Source: Escherichia phage UPEC03
Direction: 5' to 3' (one strand)
Sequence record: MW250785
Length of the DNA: 64,000 nt
Both the position numbers and the translations under genes were made by a program. How positions within the stretch are numbered: position 1 is the stretch's first letter; each line of letters starts with the position of its first letter. Below are positions 29,596-38,250 of this stretch, piece by piece. The notes under the pieces were generated by a model. The model made no database searches, had not been told where the DNA came from, and saw only the letters and a list, made by a program, of their open reading frames with translations.

Positions 29596-29757
29596 CTTGT
29601 TGTACGGGAATCCGTCTTTCACCATCTGCGGCTTATCAACCGTTCGTTTCGCCTCGCCCCCGCAATCACAATCTTTCGGTTCGTCGCGGCTTGCGATGCT
29701 GGACATTTTCGGAAATTCTTTTTCGCACTTGGTGCATTTATAGGTATATGTTGGCAT
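29593..29757 (-). CDS. zinc-ribbon protein (54 aa)
   Basis: Start set at MPTYTYKCTKCEKEF; CxxC...CxC arrangement. Confidence 0.45.
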   Translation of the reverse strand: MPTYTYKCTKCEKEFPKMSSIASRDEPKDCDCGGEAKRTVDKPQMVKDGFPYNK

Positions 29758-30188
29758 TAATAAATCTCTGACAATGGAATAAAACGGATCGGGGTTGCGG
29801 CTTTGCTGAAAACACATTGCTTGTTCCCTGCAAACATGAGATCAGTTTCGTACACCATACAAATATATCCCTGATTCTCCAAAATTTGCCGCTCCCAGCT
29901 ATCGAACCATTTAGACAACTTCTGCAATGAAGAGAAGCCGAAAATATAGCTACGATAATTTTTACCATGTTTTTTGAGGTTACGCATTAAACGAAGGTCT
30001 TCGCATGGTGCGGGGTGACGAGTCTCGGAGATACCGAAGTTTAAACCGAACTCGATTCCATGAATATCGAGATACTCATAGAGATCGTCTTCATCACCGA
30101 CACAACCCGTGTACGGGCCTAATTGCTTACACCATCCATCATATTTGGATAATATAGACGCTTTCAATTCAACGCGATAAACCAACAT
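29757..30188 (-). CDS. hypothetical protein (143 aa)
   Basis: ORF in minus-strand early block. Confidence 0.5.
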   Translation of the reverse strand: MLVYRVELKASILSKYDGWCKQLGPYTGCVGDEDDLYEYLDIHGIEFGLNFGISETRHPAPCEDLRLMRNLKKHGKNYRSYIFGFSSLQKLSKWFDSWERQILENQGYICMVYETDLMFAGNKQCVFSKAATPIRFIPLSEIY

Positions 30189-30208
30189 GATCCGATCCTC
30201 GTAATTGA

Positions 30209-30808
30209 TTAACTACAAGTAGAGTACCACTTATCTAATTTCTTATCAAGCAGTTTATTGATCACTTGCGCGATTTCTGTTGTTCCGTGGGTTGTACCCA
30301 GTTTCAGATAAATCACATCCAACGCACACACGATCGCATCAACGCTTTCTTCGACGATATCACCGCCGCGTTGAGGCTGAACGAGACATTCGGAGATCTC
30401 CCCAACCTCTGCGGACAGGTGGTGAACCACGTCGCTAACGGTTCGTTTTTTGACGCTATGAGCGGTCTTGAAAAACTTATCCAGAACTACAGCGGAATTT
30501 TCGCGCGGTACTTCCTCACCTTTATTGACGTGGATCGTAATTTCAGTTTCTGGTTCTGGTGCAACCCATACCGGATTGAAAAGCCCTTTCATATCGTTGA
30601 ACTTGATAGGAACGGGAATACCTTCAAGATAAAGAATCCCTGTTTCTTCATACACCATACTGATCCGGCGTGGTGAATTGAAGTCCATCGGGTTCTTACG
30701 CAACGCATCATACATACGACGAATCGGGTCGGCTTCGGATGCCATTTGACACACAGCCATTAACATAGATTTCGGGGCGTACATATCACCAATTTTATAC
30801 TTGCTCAT
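30209..30808 (-). CDS. hypothetical protein (199 aa); C-terminal region weakly resembles all-alpha NTP pyrophosphatase motif
   Basis: AEVGEISE...EESVDAIVCALDVIYL pattern; assignment tentative. Confidence 0.45.
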   Translation of the reverse strand: MSKYKIGDMYAPKSMLMAVCQMASEADPIRRMYDALRKNPMDFNSPRRISMVYEETGILYLEGIPVPIKFNDMKGLFNPVWVAPEPETEITIHVNKGEEVPRENSAVVLDKFFKTAHSVKKRTVSDVVHHLSAEVGEISECLVQPQRGGDIVEESVDAIVCALDVIYLKLGTTHGTTEIAQVINKLLDKKLDKWYSTCS

Positions 30809-31094
30809 TTACAATACCTTTATGATAACCAACAATAAAACAGTTCACTTCTGGACGTTCGCCGGGAAAATGCACACATTGCATGACGCGTTCAGCCATG
30901 AGTTCTTCGCCCAAATAAACAGAGGTTGTTTCTTCGTTGTAATGGCAATCATACGAAGTTTTAACACTCATACCAGGCAATCCGGCAATATGCATAAACT
31001 TTGAGTTCGTGCATGGTTTTCCCTCGATGCTTTTTCCGTTTACATCAAACGTCATATGCATTTCGGTTTTGCTGTTCTTTGGGCGTCTGCTCAT
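30795..31094 (-). CDS. hypothetical protein (99 aa)
   Basis: ORF in minus-strand early block. Confidence 0.45.
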   Translation of the reverse strand: MSRRPKNSKTEMHMTFDVNGKSIEGKPCTNSKFMHIAGLPGMSVKTSYDCHYNEETTSVYLGEELMAERVMQCVHFPGERPEVNCFIVGYHKGIVNEQV

Positions 31095-31681
31095 TTATTC
31101 ACAACCTCATTATATGTTTTCAGGTTCCATTCATGCACTTCCGGCACTTTGGAGTAATGATCCAGGAATACTAACTGGACTTGCATAACACTAGCACGAT
31201 CCATATTGAAAAGGAAGCGTTGCGGGGAAGTAATACACAGAAAATCTTCGGTACTTCCTCTGCTTGCGCTAAACTCTTTTGTTTCTCCGCCGTCAAATTT
31301 AGCATATACAGGCGTAGAAAAATACGGGGCGAATAGTTCGCGTTTGGAATCGTCCGTAATCGCACTGAAACACACGTCTACGAGCTTTCCGGTTCCTTCC
31401 CGTCTGATGGTGAGCATTGTCCCTTTCGTGCGCCCTAAGACGTTTACAGAGCGCGTAGTGACATCACCAAAAGCGTTTGTGTAACTCACAGTCTCCACAA
31501 AGCCCATATCACGACGCTGTTGTAGCATTGCTTCGTGTTGTGCTTCTGCATCCTGTTCTACTACTCGTTGTGCGGCTTCATACGCCGCTTTGTTCGGATC
31601 TCTTGATTGCCATGCGAAGAATAAAACCCCTGCGGCTATCAGTCCGAAGATTGACCAACTTGCGGTCGCTGATAGTTTCAT
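31091..31681 (-). CDS. predicted secreted or membrane-anchored protein (196 aa)
   Basis: N-terminal hydrophobic segment ASWSIFGLIAAGVLFFAW resembling a signal peptide or anchor. Confidence 0.5.
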   Translation of the reverse strand: MKLSATASWSIFGLIAAGVLFFAWQSRDPNKAAYEAAQRVVEQDAEAQHEAMLQQRRDMGFVETVSYTNAFGDVTTRSVNVLGRTKGTMLTIRREGTGKLVDVCFSAITDDSKRELFAPYFSTPVYAKFDGGETKEFSASRGSTEDFLCITSPQRFLFNMDRASVMQVQLVFLDHYSKVPEVHEWNLKTYNEVVNK

Positions 31682-31696
31682 TTTAATATTCCAAAG

Positions 31697-31710
31697 GGGC
31701 CGAAGCCCCG
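31697..31710 (-). terminator. hairpin, probable terminator
   Basis: ggggccgaagcccc. Confidence 0.45.
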
Positions 31711-31713
31711 ATT

Positions 31714-32046
31714 TTAGCGAAGATAGCGAACGTACCCGCTACGGTCGATCGCGTTCTCTGGGTTGTTGAAGATATTACCGCGAATACCCTTAGCAGGTGC
31801 TTTCCATCCTGCGGCTTTCAGGATATTGCCGTCATTGTCGATGAAGCCAGCAACTGAACGCTGATTGAACATTTCACCAGTTTCTTTGTTGCGGGTATCC
31901 TGCACGATACGGTGATACTTACGGCCTTTTTCCAGAACGAACACAGTTTCGGTGTAATCGCTGAACCACATGCCAGTGTTACGGCCTTTATGCATCGCGT
32001 CCAGTAAAGGCTGTGCTGCGGCTTTCAGTTCGTCAAAAGTATACAT
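31714..32046 (-). CDS. hypothetical protein (110 aa)
   Basis: ORF in minus-strand early block. Confidence 0.5.
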   Translation of the reverse strand: MYTFDELKAAAQPLLDAMHKGRNTGMWFSDYTETVFVLEKGRKYHRIVQDTRNKETGEMFNQRSVAGFIDNDGNILKAAGWKAPAKGIRGNIFNNPENAIDRSGYVRYLR

Positions 32047-32132
32047 GGTAAAATCTCCTAAGTGTGTTTCGTTTCTATGGGATAACTATATCAAAGCTAT
32101 CCCATGAAGTCTTTAGCAAAAAGTGCTATTTG

Positions 32133-32336
32133 TTAAACCCGTTTCCCTTGATACCATTTCGGGAAAACAACCCGCTCGATAAAAGTTCTTCCCAGGTTGA
32201 AACTATCACCGAACAGGAGAACACCGAACAGCGGATCGCGTTTGATGTCATTTTTCCCAACAGTTTTCATTTTCCCTTCATGGATCACGGTGTCGCCCAC
32301 CGTGATATCCTTGATGCTTACTTTTACATGATGCAT
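32133..32336 (-). CDS. hypothetical protein (67 aa)
   Basis: Short ORF, minus strand. Confidence 0.35.
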   Translation of the reverse strand: MHHVKVSIKDITVGDTVIHEGKMKTVGKNDIKRDPLFGVLLFGDSFNLGRTFIERVVFPKWYQGKRV

Positions 32337-32485
32337 ACGATCACCTCTGCGAGTTTAGCAGGTTTTGCTTCTGGTCTAACTTTCAACGCATCATTCAGAT
32401 TCTTTTCAACCATAACTACTGCGTCGTTTTCGTTGAAACCGTTCTTAACCAGGACTTTAACTACTTTGGCTTCTAAGTTTTTCAT
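32324..32485 (-). CDS. hypothetical small protein (53 aa)
   Basis: Start set at MKNLEAKVV with AAGGA RBS. Confidence 0.35.
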   Translation of the reverse strand: MKNLEAKVVKVLVKNGFNENDAVVMVEKNLNDALKVRPEAKPAKLAEVIVCIM

Positions 32486-32559
32486 GATGCGTTCCTTTTG
32501 TCTGTTTCGTTTCGATGTGTGTAATATACTGCATATCGAAATTTGGGTCAATACCCAAA

Positions 32560-33045
32560 TCAAAGAAAATCGTATTTTTCTTTTAATTTTTCGTAATACG
32601 TATCCCATGCGGTTTCGTCGTTGATGATCTCAGTACCGAACCGATAAGCACGTTTGCGCAGTTCGAAACGTTCACGAATGCGCTCAACATTGATTTTCAC
32701 TGATTCCGGCGTTGGTTGCCAATCTGCGCACAAATGACGATGAAACAGGGAGTTTGACAGCGGACTAAGATCGAAATCTTCGTATGCACCGTCCATGTAT
32801 TCTTTACCATTACGCGCGAGGTATTCAGCACGTAATGCAGCATGACGATCGCGAAGGTATCCCAGCTTATTGTAAAAGAAGGTTACGTGTCCGGTTCCCA
32901 GCGTATACACAGCAGGGATTTTTGACAGGTTGATTTTTGCCTTACCGGATAAAACGGCGTTGGGAATGCGAGGGAGTTCGCGCAGTTCTGCAATCAGGTG
33001 TTCGTTCAGCAGAAGAGAAGGATCGATTGTGTTAATACGTGTCAT
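32560..33045 (-). CDS. denV: endonuclease V (pyrimidine dimer DNA glycosylase)
   Basis: Start set at MTRINTID with GGAGG RBS; LIAELRELPRI, GTGHVTFFYNKLGYLRDRH parallel recalled T4 DenV. Confidence 0.8.
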   Translation of the reverse strand: MTRINTIDPSLLLNEHLIAELRELPRIPNAVLSGKAKINLSKIPAVYTLGTGHVTFFYNKLGYLRDRHAALRAEYLARNGKEYMDGAYEDFDLSPLSNSLFHRHLCADWQPTPESVKINVERIRERFELRKRAYRFGTEIINDETAWDTYYEKLKEKYDFL

Positions 33046-33074
33046 AGTTGCCTCCGTTTGGTATGTGCGCAATA

Positions 33075-33103
33075 TACAAAAAAGCCCCTTGCAATGCAAG
33101 AGG
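33075..33103 (-). terminator. rho-independent terminator
   Basis: gccccttgcaatgcaagaggc hairpin followed by tttttt on the minus strand. Confidence 0.6.
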
Positions 33104-33112
33104 CCATTAAAA

Positions 33113-33421
33113 TTATTTTGCCAGTGGTATAAGCATCTTTCGCATACCGCCGTTTTGTGTCGCATCATACACGCGTTTAGCTTCAATAAGGGAAAGTTCG
33201 ATATGGCATGATTTTCCTTTAACATCTATATCGAAAGTTACTATACCACTTGCTACGCTTACATGAGTAAAGATAAACTCACCCGCGAAATGTTTTTGAA
33301 ACGCTTTTTCGTGATCCAGGAACCATTCAAACGCTTCCCCGTGCTGGTACAGTCTGACGATAATCATTGAAACTATGACGAAAATCAGAACTGCTGCGAC
33401 GATCGTAAGCTCTTTCATCAC
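33113..33421 (-). CDS. hypothetical membrane protein (102 aa)
   Basis: N-terminal hydrophobic segment. Confidence 0.4.
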   Translation of the reverse strand: MMKELTIVAAVLIFVIVSMIIVRLYQHGEAFEWFLDHEKAFQKHFAGEFIFTHVSVASGIVTFDIDVKGKSCHIELSLIEAKRVYDATQNGGMRKMLIPLAK

Positions 33422-33627
33422 TTGCCCCTGTTCACAGATTGACGGTGTAACGCACGGTTAATGCGTGGCGCTTGATATGGTTTCATTTTGTACGGTGTCG
33501 GATCAGAGTATTCGATCCGGTTAGGTAATGAATACATTTCAACATTTGGCTGAATCCAGCGGATTGAGTCGATTAACCCTTGAGTTAACGCACGACCGAA
33601 ACCTACACCAACTAAACATAAACGCAT
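33418..33627 (-). CDS. hypothetical protein (69 aa)
   Basis: Short ORF, minus strand. Confidence 0.35.
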   Translation of the reverse strand: MRLCLVGVGFGRALTQGLIDSIRWIQPNVEMYSLPNRIEYSDPTPYKMKPYQAPRINRALHRQSVNRGK

Positions 33628-33636
33628 AATATCCCC

Positions 33637-33780
33637 TTACTGTGCCAGAATGTGAAGCCATTCACCCAACCACACGATCGCCTGATAAGACAACCACACC
33701 GCGCCGGACACACAAGCAATCACACCAATGATCGCGAATCCAATTAAAATGTTCAAACCTTCTTTCAAATCACCAAACAT
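33637..33780 (-). CDS. small hydrophobic membrane protein (47 aa), below the ORF-track cutoff
   Basis: ATG preceded by GAGGA RBS; translation MFGDLKEGLNILIGFAIIGVIACVSGAVWLSYQAIVWLGEWLHILAQ. Confidence 0.45.
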   Translation of the reverse strand: MFGDLKEGLNILIGFAIIGVIACVSGAVWLSYQAIVWLGEWLHILAQ

Positions 33781-33814
33781 GTTTTATCCTCTTTTGTTTC
33801 AGTCCCTACAAAAT

Positions 33815-33847
33815 AACAAAGCCCCTGCACGAATGCAAGGGCTTTTT
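33815..33847 (-). terminator. rho-independent terminator
   Basis: agcccctgcacgaatgcaagggct hairpin. Confidence 0.55.
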
Positions 33848-33848
33848 A

Positions 33849-34130
33849 TCATAATTCGACTAACTGAGGCAATTTCAGAACCATCCCCGGAAGGATATAG
33901 CTTGCATTGCTAACGGTTTTACGGTTCAACTTAGCGATGGACTGCCAGCGCTCACCACGACCGTATAATTTTTCAGCGATTGAATACATGCTATCGCCAG
34001 GCTGAACAACATATTCATCGTATTCGACTTTAACGAACGCGGGGTTCATGAGAATGTCAAACATCTGCGCTTTTGCTTCGTTCAGTGTTTTTGCATGTAC
34101 AGTTTTACCTACAAATGATAATTTAATCAT
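33849..34130 (-). CDS. LysM domain protein
   Basis: 93 aa; YVVQPGDSMYSIAEKLYG...WQSIAKLN...PGMVLKLP fits the LysM motif. Confidence 0.6.
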   Translation of the reverse strand: MIKLSFVGKTVHAKTLNEAKAQMFDILMNPAFVKVEYDEYVVQPGDSMYSIAEKLYGRGERWQSIAKLNRKTVSNASYILPGMVLKLPQLVEL

Positions 34131-34798
34131 CTTTTCCTCGGCAGACTCAATGGATCGGTTTCTTCTTCACTTGGGGGTTCTTCCAGCCCCAGCGCATATC
34201 TCAATGAATAGACTATCATCAAAACATCTTTCGCGCAATCGTGAATTGAATTATGCATCACAAAACCATCAAGCAACCCTTTCCGAAGAGGACAGGTCGA
34301 AGCATCACGCGTTAACAGGCGGTTTTCGATACATGTACGCACATCGCGACTATTCCAGAACACGGTCGGCATATCTTCGAAGATGTCGATCTTGCCAACC
34401 ATCTTACGCACGATATCAACCAGGATACCGCGATCGAATTCAGGGCCACGAACATAATCGAGTGATTGCCAACGGCTCACACCGTCCGCTTTCAGGTCTT
34501 CAAAGAATTGTCTGTGTCCTGCATACAGTTCCAGATCTTCCGGCGACGGTTTCAGGATTTGACGGGCTTCTTCGCTTTGTTGTTTCCACCAGGCGATTGT
34601 TCCCTGATCAGCAATACGATCAGGCTGATTGCGTAAATCAAATTTGTACTTGCGCCCCCGTGCAACCAGTTCCGCGAACGTTGGCGGGTTATGTGGATCA
34701 TCAACAAATGGAACGTATGAGAGTTCAATCACCTTCCCGTTCGGGGAAGGGCCAACCGTTTCATAATCCCATACGTAATCTACAGGTAAATGACTCAT
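34127..34798 (-). CDS. dexA: exonuclease A
   Basis: 223 aa; near-identical C-terminal block TCPLRKGLLDGFVMHNSIHDCAKDVLM...DPLSLPRKR versus recalled T4 DexA. Confidence 0.85.
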   Translation of the reverse strand: MSHLPVDYVWDYETVGPSPNGKVIELSYVPFVDDPHNPPTFAELVARGRKYKFDLRNQPDRIADQGTIAWWKQQSEEARQILKPSPEDLELYAGHRQFFEDLKADGVSRWQSLDYVRGPEFDRGILVDIVRKMVGKIDIFEDMPTVFWNSRDVRTCIENRLLTRDASTCPLRKGLLDGFVMHNSIHDCAKDVLMIVYSLRYALGLEEPPSEEETDPLSLPRKR

Positions 34799-35106
34799 GA
34801 AGTTCTCCGCTTATACTCTTCCATGAAGTACGCCAGCGTAAGCGCAACTTCTGGGTTGATATCAAAAGTTTCAAACTCTTTGCTTTGCAAAGTCATCATA
34901 CCGAACTGACGCAGACCGGAATGATAAATTGCCTTTTCCAGACGGTTCGCGTTTTCAACAGCTTCTGTGAATTCGTCCAACACATCACGATCGATGAAAT
35001 GCGGAAGTTCTTGAACAGGGGTTTTGAAAATTAGATCTGCAATCGCTTCCGCGTGGAGGCGTGGGATCTGGATAGATATGTCTTTTTTCATGATATTAAT
35101 GTCCAT
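34795..35106 (-). CDS. hypothetical protein (103 aa)
   Basis: ORF coupled to dexA. Confidence 0.45.
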   Translation of the reverse strand: MDINIMKKDISIQIPRLHAEAIADLIFKTPVQELPHFIDRDVLDEFTEAVENANRLEKAIYHSGLRQFGMMTLQSKEFETFDINPEVALTLAYFMEEYKRRTS

Positions 35107-35402
35107 ATGTCTTTATCTTCACGAATGTTTCGTGCCATTCGAAGGATCAGCACGATAACGCCATATTCATCATAAGTCAGTTCGACTTCTTTTGCAATAG
35201 GACTCCATGAATAACTTGGACCGTTCGGAGAATACAGAATATCGTTAGATTTTTCAATGAAGCGCAAACGGTGAATAACTTCTTGCGGATCTGCTGCGCT
35301 ATACATCCCGAACACATTGACCGCATGTGGATCTTTTTCTCGAATTTTATCGAGTGCTTCAAGAATTCGGGGAATGTCTTTTACAAGGATAGTCAATTTC
35401 AT
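35088..35402 (-). CDS. hypothetical protein (104 aa)
   Basis: ORF, minus strand. Confidence 0.45.
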   Translation of the reverse strand: MKLTILVKDIPRILEALDKIREKDPHAVNVFGMYSAADPQEVIHRLRFIEKSNDILYSPNGPSYSWSPIAKEVELTYDEYGVIVLILRMARNIREDKDIWTLIS

Positions 35403-35413
35403 AATAACCTCAA

Positions 35414-35430
35414 AAGGGGCAAAGCCCCTT
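35414..35430 (-). terminator. hairpin, probable terminator
   Basis: aaggggcaaagcccctt. Confidence 0.5.
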
Positions 35431-36760
35431 ATACATAATCAACGGTGTAACGTGCGCGGGTTACGCCCACATAGATTAACTGCTTACACAGATCGTAATC
35501 TGCGAACGCATACGCATCGCGCGTGTACATATACGCATGGTCATACGTGCTCCCCTGTGATTTGTGATACGTGCAAACCGGAAGAGGCTTAACATCCTGG
35601 AACTTGTTTTTAATCGCCCAGAACGAATGCCACGGGGCTTTATAGCCTGTTTGCTGCTTGATGCGCTTATAAGTGCTCGCAACGTAGGCCAGATAGTTAC
35701 CCAGACGGTCTTTCATCACCGGATCAACAACAACCTGAATCTGTGCTTCGGTTTCCTCTTCGAGCGATACCGTTTTCAGAAGATAGAATTCAAGTTCGAT
35801 CTTCTCGTCGCACTTCTCCGCCTTGATAACTTCCCGACGCGGGATGATCTCTAAGACTCGGATTTTTTCGTTGTTGTTATAAACAATCTCGGTGAAGATC
35901 TGCCCGTTCAACCGCATTTCCTGAACTAACGGTTCCTGCATCACGATCACTTCATCGAGAATGAACGGTTCTGTTGTTTTGTACAGGTGTTTACGGATCG
36001 TTGCGTTCAGCTTGTCTACGTTGTCGTTAGTATACGCGAACATGCGGTTCTCGATCAAGTCATCCGGCGTTTTAACACGGCGGAAATACTGACGGAGGAA
36101 GTCAACAGCGTTAGCATGTTGGAACACACCCAGATCACCGACAGACATCGGTTTCAGCATCTTACCATCACGTACAGCCCGTGAAACCTGAATAATCGGG
36201 TTCCCTTCTGCCTGACGCATGATTTTATCCATACGGATAACATCAAAGATTTCTTCATCAAAGAACGGGGAGAGTTCAACACGTCCATCGGCGTTTACCG
36301 GACGGATCTGATCTTTATCACCCAGTCCCAGAATAACAGCGTTGCTTGGAATACTGCGCCGGATGATTCGGAACAGATCCATATCAACCATCGAGACTTC
36401 TTCAACAACGAACACGCGACAGGTAGACAGATCAGGCGCTTTCTTGCCTTTCTGCTGTTCGAACACACGCAGTTCTTCGTTAGTCACAGGGCTAATCTTC
36501 AATGCAGAATGAATCGTTGTTGCGTCCATTCCCGTAGCCGCTGCTAACACGTTTTTAGCCTGGTGTGTTGGGGCAGTTAACCAAATACCGCTAATCCCCA
36601 ACCCTTTCAGAGTGTTAAAGACAAACTTAACCAGTGTTGTTTTACCAACACCAGGGCCACCCGTAATAGTTGTATGAATGGCGTTCTGGATGTTGTGGAT
36701 CACGCGATCATGCGCGGACTTCTGATCGTCGCTCAGATCATCAAATGTTAACTCGCTCAT
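35429..36760 (-). CDS. dda: Dda DNA helicase (SF1)
   Basis: 443 aa; Walker A GGPGVGKTT; collinear with recalled T4 Dda to the C-terminus (LIYVGVTRARYTVDYV). Confidence 0.9.
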   Translation of the reverse strand: MSELTFDDLSDDQKSAHDRVIHNIQNAIHTTITGGPGVGKTTLVKFVFNTLKGLGISGIWLTAPTHQAKNVLAAATGMDATTIHSALKISPVTNEELRVFEQQKGKKAPDLSTCRVFVVEEVSMVDMDLFRIIRRSIPSNAVILGLGDKDQIRPVNADGRVELSPFFDEEIFDVIRMDKIMRQAEGNPIIQVSRAVRDGKMLKPMSVGDLGVFQHANAVDFLRQYFRRVKTPDDLIENRMFAYTNDNVDKLNATIRKHLYKTTEPFILDEVIVMQEPLVQEMRLNGQIFTEIVYNNNEKIRVLEIIPRREVIKAEKCDEKIELEFYLLKTVSLEEETEAQIQVVVDPVMKDRLGNYLAYVASTYKRIKQQTGYKAPWHSFWAIKNKFQDVKPLPVCTYHKSQGSTYDHAYMYTRDAYAFADYDLCKQLIYVGVTRARYTVDYV

Positions 36761-37044
36761 AATTTGAGTAATACCCCTTGAATTTTCGAATTCTCAATAA
36801 ACCAACGCATCTCTTTTTTCTGTTCTTCGGTTGCTGGTAGTTGCTCGGTTTTGCGGAAGAAACTGAAACGCGGTTCGTCCGGTACGTAGTTGAGTTTGCT
36901 TTCGTAGCACTTGCGGATAAAGTCTAACTTATCCTTTGCTTCTGCTGGAGTTGCAAACAGTTCCGGCGTTTTCCCGTTTTCAACGTATGGAATAGTAAAG
37001 CCGTCTTTGTCTTTCGTAACAATGATATAGTATTTGTCAATCAT
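36757..37044 (-). CDS. hypothetical protein (95 aa)
   Basis: ORF coupled to dda. Confidence 0.45.
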   Translation of the reverse strand: MIDKYYIIVTKDKDGFTIPYVENGKTPELFATPAEAKDKLDFIRKCYESKLNYVPDEPRFSFFRKTEQLPATEEQKKEMRWFIENSKIQGVLLKL

Positions 37045-37223
37045 TTTCGCCCCTCATAGATGACGTAGAAAAAACCTATAACCCATAGCAATGATAATAC
37101 TATCAAAGCGGCTTTTCTGTCAACACCGTTAACGTGGAAAACGCACCATCCGAAGAGATACGTTATCACCGCGCAAACGATATAAGACAAAGCAAATACG
37201 GCATGTAGCGCGGTGAGTTCCAT
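37041..37223 (-). CDS. small membrane protein (60 aa)
   Basis: Two hydrophobic segments. Confidence 0.4.
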   Translation of the reverse strand: MELTALHAVFALSYIVCAVITYLFGWCVFHVNGVDRKAALIVLSLLWVIGFFYVIYEGRK

Positions 37224-37756
37224 TAGTAGTTGTTAGCCCAACGACGCAGGTTTTCCGCCTGTTTCAGAGCATACAGCTTGTAGATGGTTTCCGCATCAAG
37301 TCCCAGCGCGAGGAACTTACACATGAAGAAGTGCCACTGGTCAATCAGTTCAAACAGGATTTCCAGTTTGTCTTCTTCTTTCATTTCTGCGAATACCTGG
37401 CTACGCAGTTCCTGGTGATTTGCTTTCCACGGTTTCCAGACACCGGAAGCCGCTTTTGCACCGCGTGACATACCGCCCAGAGCGGTGTAAAGTTCGCGGG
37501 TTTCGTCTGCGATTGCATCATCTTGCAGTTTCAGCCAGTCCAGGATCTCACCGCACGTTTTCAGGTTATCAGGGCGCGGAACCCATGAAAGGGTATCAGA
37601 CAGGCTTTGTTGTGCGTGGTTCTGGAGATCCAGCATTGATTGCAGAGGATCGCCGTTACGTGCCAGAACCTTTTGATATTCGGTATCAACAAATTCCAGA
37701 TCAGCAGGGTTAACCAGGTGCGCACAGCTATTAAAAACAGGAGTTTTATCAGTCAT
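37223..37756 (-). CDS. 56: dCTP pyrophosphatase (dCTPase/dUTPase)
   Basis: 177 aa; LGGMSRGAKAASGVWKPWKA and FELIDQWHF parallel recalled T4 gp56. Confidence 0.8.
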   Translation of the reverse strand: MTDKTPVFNSCAHLVNPADLEFVDTEYQKVLARNGDPLQSMLDLQNHAQQSLSDTLSWVPRPDNLKTCGEILDWLKLQDDAIADETRELYTALGGMSRGAKAASGVWKPWKANHQELRSQVFAEMKEEDKLEILFELIDQWHFFMCKFLALGLDAETIYKLYALKQAENLRRWANNY

Positions 37757-38250
37757 TTATTTGTCTCTTCATTATGAAAATTGCCGAAAATCTCTTTTGC
37801 GGCATCATTGTAAGCGGCTTGTGCTTCTTCAACAGTTGCAAAAGAACCCAAATGTTTTCGTTTGCCCTTATATTGAATACTTGCAGAAAATCGGTTTCCG
37901 CGAGGGTATACACCAATGGAACCGCTTGTGTTGTTTTTACGTTTGTTAATGTGATTTGCATTGTTTTCCGCTGTACTTGCTGGACGCAAGTTATCAGGAA
38001 AGTCACCAACATCAACGCCTTTGATATGGTCAATCATATCAGGGAGATACCCAAAACGCGAGTAAAATATAACACGATGACGCATATATTTCACACCTTT
38101 TGTTTCGATGCGGGTATATCCCTTTTTGGTTTTTGTCCCAGCTTCCATACCATTTTTAAGCCAGTAAACCTTTCCGGTATTGTAATCTATTCTAACCTTA
38201 GTCAGAAGATCCTTTATACCATCTATTTCTTTTTCGGACTTCGATCCCAT
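37753..38250 (-). CDS. HNH homing endonuclease with AP2-type DNA-binding domain
   Basis: 165 aa; HNH_3-like GKVYWLKN...RHRVIFY...GYLP...IDHIKG...NL followed by AP2-like GVYPRGNRFSASIQYKGKRKHLGSFATVEEAQAAY; 3-prime end of gene 61 overlaps its start. Confidence 0.75.
   Translation of the reverse strand: MGSKSEKEIDGIKDLLTKVRIDYNTGKVYWLKNGMEAGTKTKKGYTRIETKGVKYMRHRVIFYSRFGYLPDMIDHIKGVDVGDFPDNLRPASTAENNANHINKRKNNTSGSIGVYPRGNRFSASIQYKGKRKHLGSFATVEEAQAAYNDAAKEIFGNFHNEETNK

Noticed and set aside
32064-32624. 186-aa plus-strand ORF
   Set aside because: Lies opposite short minus-strand ORFs in a uniformly minus-strand early block; Phe-rich junk-like translation; no RBS.
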